This document shows positions 25,568 through 38,992 of a stretch of DNA of 64,000 nucleotides, piece after piece; position 1 is the first letter of the stretch; every line of letters begins with the position of its first letter. Source of the DNA: Eledone cirrhosa (taxonomy: Eukaryota); the NCBI GenBank assembly GCA_964016885.1, contig OZ024744.1:39556001-39620000 (forward strand). Reading direction: 5' to 3'. Position numbers and translations under genes: made by a program. The notes under the pieces are model-generated. The model saw only the letters and a program-made list of their open reading frames with translations, was not told where the DNA came from and did not search any database.

Positions 25568-25942
25568 ATCATTTACCATTTCTAACTGTATTTCGTTTGT
25601 AGCAAGGAATTTGCTTTTTTTTTTTTGTTAAATGTGTTTGTAGTTTTTTTTCTTTTTTTTTTTTGTTATTCCTGCAATAAATTAAGGGTCTTGTTAAAAT
25701 AAAATTATATTAAATTCTTTGTTTTGCTTTAAACCTCCAGAAAATGTATTTACATATTTAATAACATGGCCCTCCTCCATGAAACTGCATAGCTGTTTGG
25801 CCCTCTCTCTCTAAAAGGTTGCCGACCCCTGCTCTAGGGCAATGTCTTCTCCATCCTGTTGGCTGGAACCACAAGGTGGACTGACTCCATGTGAATTTGA
25901 AGTAACTTTGTTTAAAAATATGAGTATCATTATAAAAAAGAA

Positions 25943-26290
25943 AGATATTTTGTAAAATTTAGAAAATACTTTTATATTTCAATTTTGATGGGATTTTTTT
26001 GCTTTTTTTTTTATAGAAACAATTAAAGGGAGGTAATATATTTAGTAAATGTTTGATTTACATTTTTGAAAATGTTGGTATATCCCTATTATGACATCAT
26101 AATTTGCTGATTTTTCTTATAAATACGAGGCACAGTTTGGCTTTGTCTTCATATCTTCAATGCTTCAGCAGCAGACACCAACACTGGATCTATAGATTTC
26201 TTTATCTATAATCAGCATAGCATAGTGGTATATATCACTGACTGTGATAGATAGACATTTGATTTCACACACATGCAAGCATATACATAC

Positions 26291-26322
<32 letters not shown>

Positions 26323-26858
26323 TATACACACACACTTGTGTGTGTACACCAAGTCAGTGTAGCAGTCTGTAACAATCTTGGCAAGCAATAGTACTCATGT
26401 GGTGGGATCTCCATAGATATAGTAGTTCAAAAAGAGTAGGAGGATTCTCCTTGATGGGTTTTTTTTTGCCTTTTTTTATAATAGAAGCAAAGGGAGGTAA
26501 TATATTTAATTGTTTGATTCTCATACTCTTTTTGAACTAGAATATTTCCCTACTATATCTATAGAGATCCCACCACATGAGTACTATTGCTTACCAAGAT
26601 TGTTACAGACTACTACACTGACTTAGTGTACACACACATGTAAAATACAATCAAGGTGGGAGTAAACTGAGAAATATCGTAAAATATGGGTAGTCGGTTT
26701 TATGAACCTTTGAGTCTTTAAACACCCTCTGTAACATGCTGGTTGGTGTCATAACATAGTTACAAGGTGTCTGGGCTGTGTCACGTAACCGTATAGACTC
26801 TTAACCAGGCTCTTTCAGTGCAGAAAACCTGGAGGTTCCAACCAGAAACCAAAACAAA
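25943..26858. repeat. Local direct duplication, copy 2, with internal inverted repeat
   Basis: Matches 19866-20492. Extra hairpin arms at about 26337-26438 / 26524-26638. Confidence 0.8.
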
Positions 26859-28149
26859 AGCCAAGACTAATGGTATAAGAAAATAAGAGCTAATACATAA
26901 CAAACAATCCTGTCTTTTTCTACTTTCAAAACATTTGTTTTGAGGCCTTTCCATTCCAGGTTTTGTATCCAGTGTACCAAGAGAACCAGTCCTAAATTCT
27001 TTGGACAACTTTGATAAAGAGGGGCTGAGGAATGACCCTAGGTGGATTCCTACTTTCATGCTTAATTCCTTGATGAATTCATTGCTCTTCCATGAAAGCC
27101 ATGCCGGTGGGAAGGACTGTGGTTGAAAGCCATAGTGGTTATTGCTGGGCCTGGGGAATTGGGACACAATATGTGAGAAGATGGCCTCACCATTGCACCC
27201 TAGTAGCTACTCTATATTCAACCCCCAGTACTTCCCCACTACCCTCTCCATCCCCCACCAGTCTCTATTGAGCACATCCCCCCACACTACTACATCCCCT
27301 CATCTCGTACACTAACCAGCTACCTGTACCCATAACTCATCCCTTGTCCCCTGCCTATATTTCAATCACATCCCACCCTCACAATATTTACCACATCCCT
27401 AAATCCCATACGTATTGCCCTGCCAAATCCCCATAAACACCTGAGATCAGCCAGCTCTGATCACGAGTTATTTCCCTTTGTAAATAGTGAGGTGAATATT
27501 TGGTTTAGCAACTCTTACGTGCGTCTGGATGACAAATCCACTTTTCTAATCGCTCCTCCCGCATTTTACACAACCGCGTACAGTTTGTAGGGGTGGTCAT
27601 AACTGGACCTTGAAACCTACACACACACACATTGATATAATTGGAACGTATATGGAACTTATGACCACCCTGCCATTCAAAGACTGCGTGTAAAATGAGC
27701 CCCCCCCCCCCCATTTTACATGAATATGAAGACGCTGATTTTTCCACACCTCCAGAACCACATCCTCCTCTAAAGAAAGACCTTAGTTATCCATCTCCTC
27801 CTTCCCACTAGCACTCCCCATCTATCATCACCACCCATGCCCCCTCTAGAACCTCTCATTAACTACTATTTCCTCTCTAAAGGCCATAGAAATCCTTACC
27901 ATTGCACCCCAGTAGCTACTCTCTCTACCCTTGTTCAACCCCCACTACCCCCTCACTAGCTCCTACCTGTCTCGAACACATTCCCCACACAAGATCCCCT
28001 CACCCATGCACTACCCAGCTACCCATATCCAATACTCGTTTCTTGCCTCCTACCTATCTCTCCATCACACCCCCACCCCCACAATATTGACCACATCCCT
28101 CACACTACTACATCCCCATTCAATAATCAGCCTCCCACCCTATCCTTTA

Positions 28150-28415
28150 CTCATTGCCCCAGTTTACTCAGCTGTAGAAATGAGATGATAGGACTATCAT
28201 TCCACTGCAAAGTGGTCGTGGAGGTGCCACGGCAAAAAGGCACCCAGCCCACACTGTAAAGTGGACGTGTAGGCGCCACGGAAAAAAGCACCCAGCACTC
28301 ACTGTAAATGAGGTTGGTGTTAGGAAGGGCATCCAGCTGAAGAAATCAAGCCAGAATCAGTTCCCGTATGAGCAAGACAAAGTCAGCCGACCGGACACTG
28401 CCCACAACAAGACAA
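28150..28415 (+). mobile_element. 5'-truncated copy of the RTE-tailed SINE
   Basis: Same SINE-body/RTE-tail junction as about 14100-14280. Confidence 0.75.
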
Positions 28416-29840
28416 CCCACCAGATTATAGCACGAGAAACTCTGTCAAAGGCTTTCACCAGATCAACGAATGCCAGGTAGAGTGGCTTGCTTTTAGCTAG
28501 GTACTTTTCCTGTAACTGCCTCACAAGGAACAGGGCATCAGTGGTGCCTTTTCCTGGCACAAACCCAAATTGCATCTCATCTAGTTTTACCCGGTCCCTA
28601 ATCAACTGTGCTATAACTCTGTTACTTTTATGACCTGGTCCATCAGCTTTATACCTCTATAGTTTTCACCTTTACCCTTGTAGCAGTTGACAATGATGCT
28701 GCTGCTGACTTGCACTGCTGGCCTCTCTATAGGGTCTACTTGGGGTAGGGTCTCTTCTTCCCATGCATTCTCCTCATTTAGTAATCTATCATAATGGCTC
28801 TTCCATGCATCTTTCTTCTCAGCACTTGTGAGGGCAAGCTCACCTTTATCATCCCAGATACACTTCTCTCCAATGACATCACAATTCTCTCTGACACACT
28901 GCCTCGCAATCTTGAACACCTCCTGTTTCTGGTCCTCATGTTGCAAGACATGCTTGAATTTTCTATCCTCTGCTTCCCTTCTAGCTAAGTATACTTGTCG
29001 CCTAGCTTCCCTCTTGGTCTCTATGTAATGTACCCTGCCCCCCCCCCGTTCTTCCATTCTTTCCATGCCTGTCTCTTGGCCTTAATTGCTTCATCTACCT
29101 TATTGTTCCACCACCAAGTCACTCTCCTCCTCCCTGTGGTCTTACTCCAACCACAGACCTCATCCATTGCCTTTAGTAAGTTATTTTTTAGGAACTCCCA
29201 GTGCTCTTCTACATTGAATGTCTCTATCTGTTCTTCTTTACTGTCGTAGGCGTTGAGTAAAATATCTTTAAATCTGTTACTGGCTGAGGGGTCTTTCAGC
29301 TTCCAGACCTTTCTTCTCCGGGTTGGCCTTTGTTTCCAGGCTCGTTACAGTTCTGACCGTGAAGTCGCTGACAACTAAGCTATGTTGGGAGGTACATTCC
29401 TCACTAGGGAAGGCCTTTGTGTTTACGACCGTCCATCTGCCATGTCCTCTGATGAGGATAAAATCTATCTGACTAGAATGCTCCCCTGATCTATAGGTGA
29501 TCAGATGGTTGTCGGGTTTTTTGAAGTTTGTGTTACATATCGACATGTCATTGGCGTTGCAGAATTCTAGAAGCCTGAAGCCTTCTTCATTTCCTGTGCC
29601 AAACTTGTGGCCTCCATGGACTCTATAGAAGCCATCACAGTGTTTACCTACGTGTCCGTTAAAATCTCCTGCAATGATTAGGAAGTCATTGTCGTTTGTT
29701 AGAGCAGTAGTGTGCATTAGGGACTCGTAAAATCTATCCTTAAGTTTGTCTGGCAGCCCCGATTGGGGTGCGTAAGCTGATATTATTGTGGTAATTGTTT
29801 TAGTCAAGACTAGTCTGAGTTTAATGATTCTTGCATTCAC
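28416..29840 (-). mobile_element. RTE LINE fragment (APE to RT), with internal deletions
   Basis: Highly similar to 61770-63380; ORFs 28357-29936. Confidence 0.9.
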
Positions 29841-30135
29841 ATATATATATATACATATATGTATATATACTTTTAAATATATACATATATATATATATAT
29901 GCAAAAGTTCAATTTAAATTGTTGAGATACAAGCAAATATTATTATAACTGATATAAAGCACTCGACAAATCTTTTCTCCACGTTTCTCTCTCTCTCTCT
30001 CTCCATCTTTTTACTTACTCTTAACACTATGATTTACTAAAGTAAACAAACCACTATCCGGATGGCCTCCAAAAACAACGGTCACCTTTTTGAAAGGGTA
30101 CGTCAATTATCTATTTGTAAAACTGTTATATATTG

Positions 30136-30200
30136 TATTTTGTCTGATGAAGGCATACCATAATTTAACTTGGTATCCTTGAAATATATATAATGAAATA
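30136..30200 (+). ncRNA. Type I hammerhead ribozyme
   Basis: tattttgt-CTGATGA-aggcatacca...tggtatcctt-GAAA-tatata-TA-atgaaata. 8-bp stem I with G-U pairs; stem III is the palindrome ATATATAT. Confidence 0.8.
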
Positions 30201-30634
30201 AATATGGTTTTATAAATATAGTTTCCATTTATTAATACTGCATATATATATATATAATTTATATTATATATATAGATAGATAGATATATAATAGACATAC
30301 ACACACACATACACATGAATATATATATATATATATACGTGTGTGTGTGTGTCGAGGGGGGAGTGTATAAATATGTGTATGTTACAAGTGTCCTGTAAGC
30401 AATTCACTCACTCCATCCCATGCTATGACTCATAGAAACATGTTAAGTTTAGATTATGTGTCTCTGCTTTCATAATGTTTAGCTGTCTTTCAGAGAGAAG
30501 TGTCTTTTGTTTCAATTTCTTGTCTCGTTATCATTTAAGATAAGGTTCTTCATTTTTTTTATTATTCTTTTTTTTTTATTTTGAATATTTATCTAGGTGG
30601 CCCAAATGAATAATATATGCATACATTATACATA

Positions 30635-30824
<190 letters not shown>

Positions 30825-31017
30825 TAGGGTGTGGTAAAAACCAGTTAGACCATAACCCAGCAGAGTACTCAATACTTGGGGTAGTAGAGTGAGTAATATG
30901 AAAAGATTCAGGAGCTCAATGCCTGAGCTCCGCTGTCGGGGTTCTGAATCTTTTCATATATAATTATAAATGAAATAACAGGAGGCTGGACTGGTGTAAA
31001 TCCTTGAAAGGTTTATT

Positions 31018-31075
31018 ATACTATGATCATTTCAATGACCGGGTTCCATATGAATCCGGTGATATCATCAGGTAT
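31018..31075 (-). ncRNA. Type I hammerhead ribozyme (left arm)
   Basis: Reverse complement of 33893-33950. Confidence 0.8.
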
Positions 31076-33892
31076 TGGAATATAACAAAGGAATATGTAA
31101 AAAGCCATGGGTCCGAAAAACCATAGGTCCGGGAAACCAGAGACAGAAAGGGCGGCTGACCAACTAGCTTCACAGCCAGCCGCCCTCAAACTGTTGGCAA
31201 CCGAAAACTACCAGTGATATCTGGTAAGGGGGCGCAGGCCTATCATGTACAACCACCACTCCGTCAAAGAAGAAGGGGAAGAAAGAAAGGGAGAAGAAGT
31301 GTAGTGTAAGGGTCAAACTACATTCATGTCAGAAAATGCCACGAAAAAAATGCTACCCAAAGAATCTATAGTGGGTGTCTGTATGGTCTAATGTGTGCAC
31401 CGAAGATTGGAACGCTAAACTTATGTTGCGAGTTATAGGATGAAATAAATTAAATTAAAATTATTATATTGCAAAATGGTAAATTGAAAAATAGAGGTAG
31501 CGAGATTTATTTATTTAACGAACTTACGGAGAGTCTTATATGAACATTTTTTTTTATTTAACTCGATAAGATATTATGATGGGATATAGAGTAAAAATTT
31601 CGATTGGGAGTCCCAGCCAGCACACCCACCACCAAGAGTCAGCCAGTCTCGAGTGGTATCGTCCAACGAAAGAAATCGAAATTAATTTTTCCGAGTACTC
31701 TAGGAACGTAGCTAACTTTGGCCCCGGGATCGCTAGCGGGAACCCCACAATTTCGACAGGCCATCGTCTATACCACGAATACTATTAAATCACACATTAG
31801 GGGTTTATTTACGTGTGAATAGAGGCATGATACAGCCAATAGTTGTGCCCAAACCTGGAGTTTGTAGGTACAGGTATAATTAGGCGGCCAAAACAGGCGG
31901 CGCGGTGGGACTGGGGCAGAGCAAGCCACTCCAACTAATTTCATTTACCGAAAGAGGAGAAATTTATTTTTCCGAGCACTCAAGGAAGGGTGAACTTTCC
32001 GAGTGCCCAGCGCGCAGCCGGGAAAAAGCCACCACACAAGTAAAACAATGAAAAGTGCAAATAGATCAAAGTTATTTTTAATTATTTTAAAGTCCCAGTT
32101 AGTCCGGGTTATAGGTAGTGTGGTTCTTAGGTGGGTAGGGGGCTATGAAGGTGCATAATGACCTGAGTAAGGAAAAAGTTACAAAACAATACCAATACAT
32201 TGATAAAAAATACATTAGTAAAGTTTTGTCGAAATCGGAATCATCCCGACAAGGAAGTGGTATCAGGTGGCGGTAGATAAGGCGCAGAGCAGCCAAAATC
32301 CGAATGGCAAGTAGATCAGTTAATCCCATGCTGGTAATAGCTGTACACTGAAGGCAGTGCCGCTGTTCAATATTACATTTTGAAGTGCTCAACATTATAG
32401 GAGCATGATTCCGATTCCGACAAAACTCTACGTATTATACTAAAACTTGTATTGTATTGACTGTATTCTCTACTCTATACCTCAGGACTGTTTGCGACTC
32501 GCACTGAATTCGGAACCCGAACTTTACACTAGGTACAATCTGTTACCATTCCATCTCCTCCATCCTCTATATCTGTATCTATATGTACAACTTAGTACCA
32601 GTAATGTACTGGGTGTTTGCTGGCCTTGTGCCTAAAGTAGAAACAATTATCTTACTACAACTTGATCTATATTGACTCTCATTTACCTTTATTTTTTTTA
32701 CTATCTCATTAATGTATATTTTATTACTTTATTATTTTCTATTATTTTATTAATGTATTTTTATCAATGTATTGGTATTGTTTTGTAACTTTTTCCTTAC
32801 TCAGGTCATTATGCACCTTCATAGCCCCCTACCCACCTAAGAACCACACTACCTATAACCCGGACTAACTGGGACTTTAAAATAATTAAAAATAACTTTG
32901 ATCTATTTGCACTTTTCATTGTTTTACTTGTGTGGTGGCTTTTTCCCGGCTGCGCGCTGGGCACTCGGAAAGTTCACCCTTCCTTGAGTGCTCGGAAAAA
33001 TAAATTTCTCCTCTTTCGGTAAATGAAATTAGTTGGAGTGGCTTGCTCTGCCCCAGTCCCACCGCGCCGCCTGTTTTGGCCGCCTAATTATACCTGTACT
33101 TACAAACTCCAGGTTTGGGCACAACTATTGGCTGTATCATGCCTCTATTCACACGTAAATAAACCCCTAATGTGTGATTTAATAGTATTCGTGGTATAGA
33201 CGATGGCCTGTCGAAATTGTGGGGTTCCCGCTAGCGATCCCGGGGCCAAAGTTAGCTACGTTCCTAGAGTACTCGGAAAAATTAATTTCGATTTCTTTCG
33301 TTGGACGATACCACTCGAGACTGGCTGACTCTTGGTGGTGGGTGTGCTGGCTGGGACTCCCAATCGAAATTTTTACTCTATATCCCATCATAATATCTTA
33401 TCGAGTTAAATTTTAAAAAATGTTCATATAAGACTCTCTCCGTAAGTTCGTTAAATAAATAAATCTCGCTACCTCTATTTTTCAATTTACCATTTTGCAA
33501 TATAATAATTTTAATTTAATTTATTTCATCCTATAACTCGCAACATAAGTTTAGCGTTTCAATCTTCGGTTCACACATTATACCATACAGACACCCACTA
33601 TAGATTCTTTGGGTAGCATTTTTTTCGTGGCATTTTCTAACATGAATGTAGTTTGACCCTACACTACACTTCTTCTCCCTTTCTTTCTTCCCCTTCTTCT
33701 TTGACGGAGTGGTGGTTGTACATGATAGGCCTGCGCCCCCTTACCAGATATCACTGGTAGTTTTCGGTTGCCAACAGTTTGAGGGCGGCTGGCTGTGAAG
33801 CTAGTTGGTCAGCCGCCCTTTCTGTCTCTGGTTTCCCGGACCTATGGTTTTTCGAACCCATGGCTTTTTACATATTCCTTTGTTATATTCCA

Positions 33893-33950
33893 ATACCTGA
33901 TGATATCACCGGATTCATATGGAACCCGGTCATTGAAATGATCATAGTAT
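33893..33950 (+). ncRNA. Type I hammerhead ribozyme (right arm)
   Basis: atac-CTGATGA-tatcaccgg...ccggtcatt-GAAA-tgatca-TA-gtat, immediately followed by AATAAA. Stem III is the palindrome ATGATCAT. Confidence 0.8.
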
Positions 33951-34142
33951 AATAAACCTTTCAAGGATTTACACCAGTCCAGCCTCCTGTTATTTCATTT
34001 ATAATTAACTCCGTATTCGCACCACCAACTACACAAACGAAGATGGGTGAACTGCATTGCGTTGAGTACTCTTCCCAATATTACACCAGGATTGACCATA
34101 CGGAATGACCAGTTCTATCCAGTGGTGAACCAACAAACCTTA

Positions 34143-34208
<66 letters not shown>

Positions 34209-34444
34209 GAATAATCGAGTATCGAAAAATCGGCGCACGAGTTCACGATAAACAAAATTCGAAATGAGCGACAGAGGGCTCAATAATTCAGATAAATCAG
34301 AGCTATAACTATCGTTAAAATACCGTCACACATAGAACAAGTCTATAATCAACCGTACGACCGAAAAATTGCGATCTGGAAGATTCGGGACACTCAGAAA
34401 AAATATCAATAAATCAATAAATCAAATTATATATATATATATAC

Positions 34445-34766
34445 CCCCACTCCATCCACACCGCCCCTTTCAATGTAAAGTTATGTTGGTACCACAACAT
34501 CCAGCCCGAAACAAATGAGGGTGTGTAGGTGTCACGACAAAAAAACACACAGTCCACGCTGTGGCCGTGTAGGTAACACGGTAAAAACCTCCCAGTTCCA
34601 CACTGTAAATGTGGTTGGTGTTAGGAAGGGCATCCAGCTGTAGAAAACCCTCCAGACAGTCCTATGCGAGTGAGACAACCACTCTTGCCTCAAGTGCGAA
34701 AACTCCCGTCCAAACCCATGCAAGCGTGGAATATGGACTTTAAACGATGATGATGATGATGATGAT
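34445..34766 (+). mobile_element. RTE 3' UTR fragment
   Basis: Matches the reverse complement of 5174-5490; (GAT)n tail. Confidence 0.85.
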
Positions 34767-35574
34767 ATATATATAGATAGAGAGAGAGATAGATAGATAG
34801 ATATGTGTGCGTGTGTGTCAGGTTCATCAGGGGTAACCACTGTTAGTAAGGTACTCAATACATTAGTAGAGTGTAAACATCAAGTTTAAAATGCGTGTAT
34901 GTGTGTGTGTATATATATATAAACACACACACACATACACGCATACATTCATACATATATTATTCAATGAATCTTCAAAATGAAAAAAAAAATGTGTGTG
35001 TATATACATGTATGTGTCATCATCATCATCACTATTTCATGCCAGTTTTCCATGCTGGAATTGGTAGGATGGGTAGTTTCAGTCTGAGACATACTAAGAT
35101 ATTGTAAACAACACACACATGACACATGTTATGTTAGGGAAGAATTTATAGCAACTAAAATTAAAATTTATAAACTTATTTATAGCAATTAAGATTTCCT
35201 TTCAAATTAATTTCCCATTTACTCATTATAAAAAATTGGAAAAGACTAACAAAAATCTTTGGCTAACAACTTAGTATATGTAGTGCCAACCTTATGGCTT
35301 TGGTCATAAACCTAGGTTCTACACCATGCAATACAGAAGAATGGGAGGTGACCAAATACCAGGCATTAATACCAACCCACCTCAAAACTATCTATTTTAT
35401 AGGGTTTCTACTAAAATTAAAACCTTCCAAATTAATTTTATTTGAAAACATTTTATGTAACAAATACCATCTTATTGAAAATATAATTATAGTAAATCCT
35501 TCACCAATTCTTCATTAATTAATTAAAATACGGTAATGAAAGCATTAATAGAACAATTTATTTTTGTGCTGGTC

Positions 35575-36010
35575 AACATTGGGAACTCCTATGTCCTCAG
35601 TCCCTTGACTTCAGTGTTCCTCCATCAAATCATGGTGTGGGTATCACACTTGAGAAAAAATCCCTTTGAGGTGGAATGGCTGATGCAGCAGATATCCCTG
35701 GCTGTTCTCCAAGGCAATGCTTTCACCATCTTCTCTGTGGGGCAGAGCTGAGATATGTTGCACAGCTTAGGGTGTAGAATCTGTGTCCCTCCCTTTTTTA
35801 ATTTCTATCTTACTTTTAATTGTTTCATGAATTCTAAATAAGATTTACAGATGACTTTAAAAAAAAACTAAAAAACAAATGTCTATGACCAGTTAAGTAG
35901 TATCCTGTACAATAAACAGAACACAATAGCTCTTCCGGTGCATCTCCCTTACCATCCTCCAGGGAAACGCCTTCTCCATTCTGTCTGCTGGAGCTGTGGG
36001 GCGGCCAGCA
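35575..36010 (+). mobile_element. Two short CRE-like LINE C-terminal remnants
   Basis: WLMQQISLAVLQGNAFTIF (about 35677-35735) and LFRCISLTILQGNAFSIL (about 35930-35985) resemble FQRFSLAITCGNAVSIL at about 57560. Confidence 0.5.
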
Positions 36011-36727
36011 TGTGGGACCCCATTTGCTCACTATACAGAGAGATGGGGAGGGCGAGAGAGATGGAAGCGATGACAGTGGGAGTTTCCTCTTCCGTGTTCG
36101 GACACATTGCAACTGCTATGTGGATCATGTTATATTTTTCTAGAAATCTGTAGTGTAATAATGTAGTGTTTCTACATTATAAACCTACTACTTAACCTCA
36201 ACTATTATCGTTAGTCATTGTTTTTTTGACAACTCTGTTAATGTATGTTGCAGTGTTTCTAATTCTTTTGCACATCAAACCCCCTGAAACTGTTCCTTCT
36301 CTCTACCATTCTAAGTTGTTTAATTTTAAATGTCTATATTTGTCTAAAAACCAAACTTTCCAAATACAGTTTCAAGTACCTATATTGTACTTACTGTATT
36401 ATGAAGTATTACAATGACACTTCAAAGCTAGAGGAAGTGACCTTTGACTTTGAAAAGTAAGCATCAATAGTTTACCCAATTTTATTTGATTACATTTTTT
36501 TTTTTAAACTTTCACAATTGCGATTCATCTTTCCTCCTGTCCAGCCCATCCCTATTCATTCCTTTCTGTCCTATCCTATAATATCTTACAATAGAGTAGC
36601 CAATAGAGTCAGGGGCTTATGAATAAATATGGATATGTCACTGTCCAGAGTTTAGTCATATCCTATGTGATTTGTTAGAAGAAAGTGATTCTATGTCAGA
36701 GATGGACAATCCCTCTTCCATAATTAA

Positions 36728-36762
<35 letters not shown>

Positions 36763-36816
36763 ACGCCATCATTATCCTCCTCCTCCTCCTCCTCCTCCTC
36801 CTCCTCCTCCTCCTCC

Positions 36817-36861
<45 letters not shown>

Positions 36862-36907
36862 ATATCATCATCACCATTACCACTACCACCTCCACCATCG
36901 CCATCAC

Positions 36908-36938
<31 letters not shown>
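36728..36938. repeat. (CAT)n/(CCT)n compound microsatellite
   Basis: Directly visible. Confidence 0.95.
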
Positions 36939-36939
<1 letters not shown>

Positions 36940-37199
36940 AGTTATGCTTTCTTTCCAAGTTGATAAGGGTTTGCTGAGTGGTTACTGTCTGAATCAGTTA
37001 GGTGGTACAAACCTCTTAGATAGTTTAAGGACTACATTATGCTTGACTTTTGGTATGATTTCTATGACAAGTACTAACCACTTTACAGAGTGTACTGGAT
37101 TCATTTTATCATGGCACCAACACTAGAGAGGTTGTCAAGTTCTCAACAAACCTAAAGTGTCTTCTCTACCCAATTAAATAATCAACATTGTTTCTACTT

Positions 37200-37835
37200 A
37201 CCCTGTCTTAGCTAAGAAAATATACATCCACAGACATACAGTAATACAGAAGACCCGAATTCCCATGGGCACAGGCAGTAACTGAAGCATATGTATAGCA
37301 TGCACCACCCAACCCACTCCCATACATCCCCCCATGAAGTCAAACTGATCTATACATCTAGTGAAGCCTCTAGTCCACACTGTAAAGTGGTTGTGAGGGC
37401 AACACAGCAAAAAGTGCCCAGCCCACACTGTAAAGTGGGTGTGTAAGCATCCCAACAAAAAGCACCCAGCCCACACTGTAAAGTGGTTGTGTAGGTGTCA
37501 TGACAAAAAACACCCAGCCCACACTGTAAAGTGGTTATGTAGGTGTCACAACGAAAAACACCCAGTCCACATTGTAAAGTGGTCGTGTATGTGTCACGTC
37601 AAAAAGCATCCAGTTCACACTGTAAAGTGATCATGTAGGTGTCACAACAAAAAGCACCCAGTATTCACTGTAAATGAGGTTGGAGTTAGGAAGAGCATCC
37701 AGCTGTAGAAATTGAGCCAAAACCAGTTCTGTATAAGCATGGTCACCTGACCTGGCATTGCTCACAACAGGATAACTCGTCTAACGCATGTCAGCATGGA
37801 AAAATGGATGTTAAATGGTGATGATGATGATGACA
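37200..37835 (+). mobile_element. RTE 3' end with tandemly amplified unit of about 48 bp
   Basis: About 7 copies of aaagcacccagcccacactgtaaagtggttgtgtaggtgtca at about 37372-37680; (GAT)n tail. Confidence 0.85.
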
Positions 37836-37962
37836 GACATAACAGAGTTTGGATTTGTATATATTGTTAGTTATTCAAACATTATTAAATATGAACTGAA
37901 ATGAGGTGTCATAGATATACACTAGAAATGGTCTCTAAGCTTGTCACAGTGATTATATTTTT

Positions 37963-38535
37963 AAGCATAAACGAATTGAGAGAGACTAAGCATAAGAGGA
38001 ATCAAATGCTGTGTGCAGGAGAGGGGATTACATTGGAATGGACATGTGATGCGTATGAAGGATGACAGCTGAATAAAAAGATGCAGAGCGCTAAAAGTCG
38101 ATGGAAGCCATGGAGTAGGGAGACCCAAGAAGACACGGGATGAGGTGATAAAAGCTGACCTTGCCCAATTGCATCTCTCAAAGACGATAACACAGGACCA
38201 AGACCTCTGAATACTGAAGACCCAACTTCCCATGAGTGCAAGCCAAAGCTGAAGCATATAGACAGCATGCACCCCACCTCCTCCCACTGTAAAGTGGTCG
38301 GAGAGGTGTCACGACAAAATAGCACCCAGTATTGACTGTAAAGTGGTTGTGTAGGCGCCATGAAAAAAGGCACCCAGTACTCACTGTAAATGAGGTTGGT
38401 GTTAGGAATAAAGCCAAAATCAGTTTTGTATGAGCAAGACATGGTCACCTGACCTAGCATTGCCAACAACAGGACAACTCATCTAACTCATGCTAGTGTG
38501 GAAAAATGGACATTAAACGGTGATGATGATGACCA
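37963..38535 (+). mobile_element. RTE 3' fragment
   Basis: Homologous to 13378-13970. Confidence 0.85.
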
Positions 38536-38992
38536 ATCCAGGCCCTTAGTGTATAAATATTTTAGTATCCTGAAGTCCGCGACAATCCAATTAGTTGCAT
38601 CATGTAGAATGAAGAAAAATATCAATTTAACTATTTTAACACTATGGCCTCTTTGATCAAAGTTGGTAAATTGGTAGAGTCATTTAGGTATTGGATAAAA
38701 AATACCTTGTTATTTGTTCCAGCTCACAGGTCAATTTTGCCTATTTTTCCTTTTCATCCTTTCAAAGTCAAGTAGGGGTCAATTCTTCCTCACTTTAATT
38801 TTTACTTCTCTTTTTTGTTCTCTGGAATAAATCAGCAGTTCTGGCTCTTACAGGGATGGTCTCTGTCAGGTTTAAAATGCTTGAGAAATGCTGTATGTAA
38901 AACAACACACCGACGACTTCACTAGGAGTTACATGCCCTTTACTTACTTTACCTTTTACCAAATATCCAAAAATAAGCTAAAGTTCTTCACA

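Larger units (their letters stand above)
22771..25831 (+). mobile_element. hAT DNA transposon (Buster/Charlie group), complete ends
   Basis: TIRs CAGCGGTCGGCAGCC / GGTTGCCGACCCCTG. 8-bp TSD CTCTAGGG at 22763-22770 and 25832-25839. Confidence 0.93.
30961..34007. mobile_element. 3-kb palindrome: about 1.26-kb near-identical arms with outward-facing hammerheads
   Basis: 30961-32222 is the reverse complement of about 32746-34007; an identical 70-aa ORF appears on opposite strands. Spacer is about 520 bp. Confidence 0.9.

Noticed and set aside
31554-33416. Duplicated 64-70 aa ORFs as genes
   Set aside because: They are a consequence of the palindrome and show no recognisable domain.
34815-34835. 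Minus-strand CTGATGA
   Set aside because: No downstream stem II/GAAA; truncated by a microsatellite.
37372-37680. CRISPR-like array
   Set aside because: Contiguous tandem units without unique spacers, derived from the RTE 3' UTR; no cas genes; eukaryotic context.
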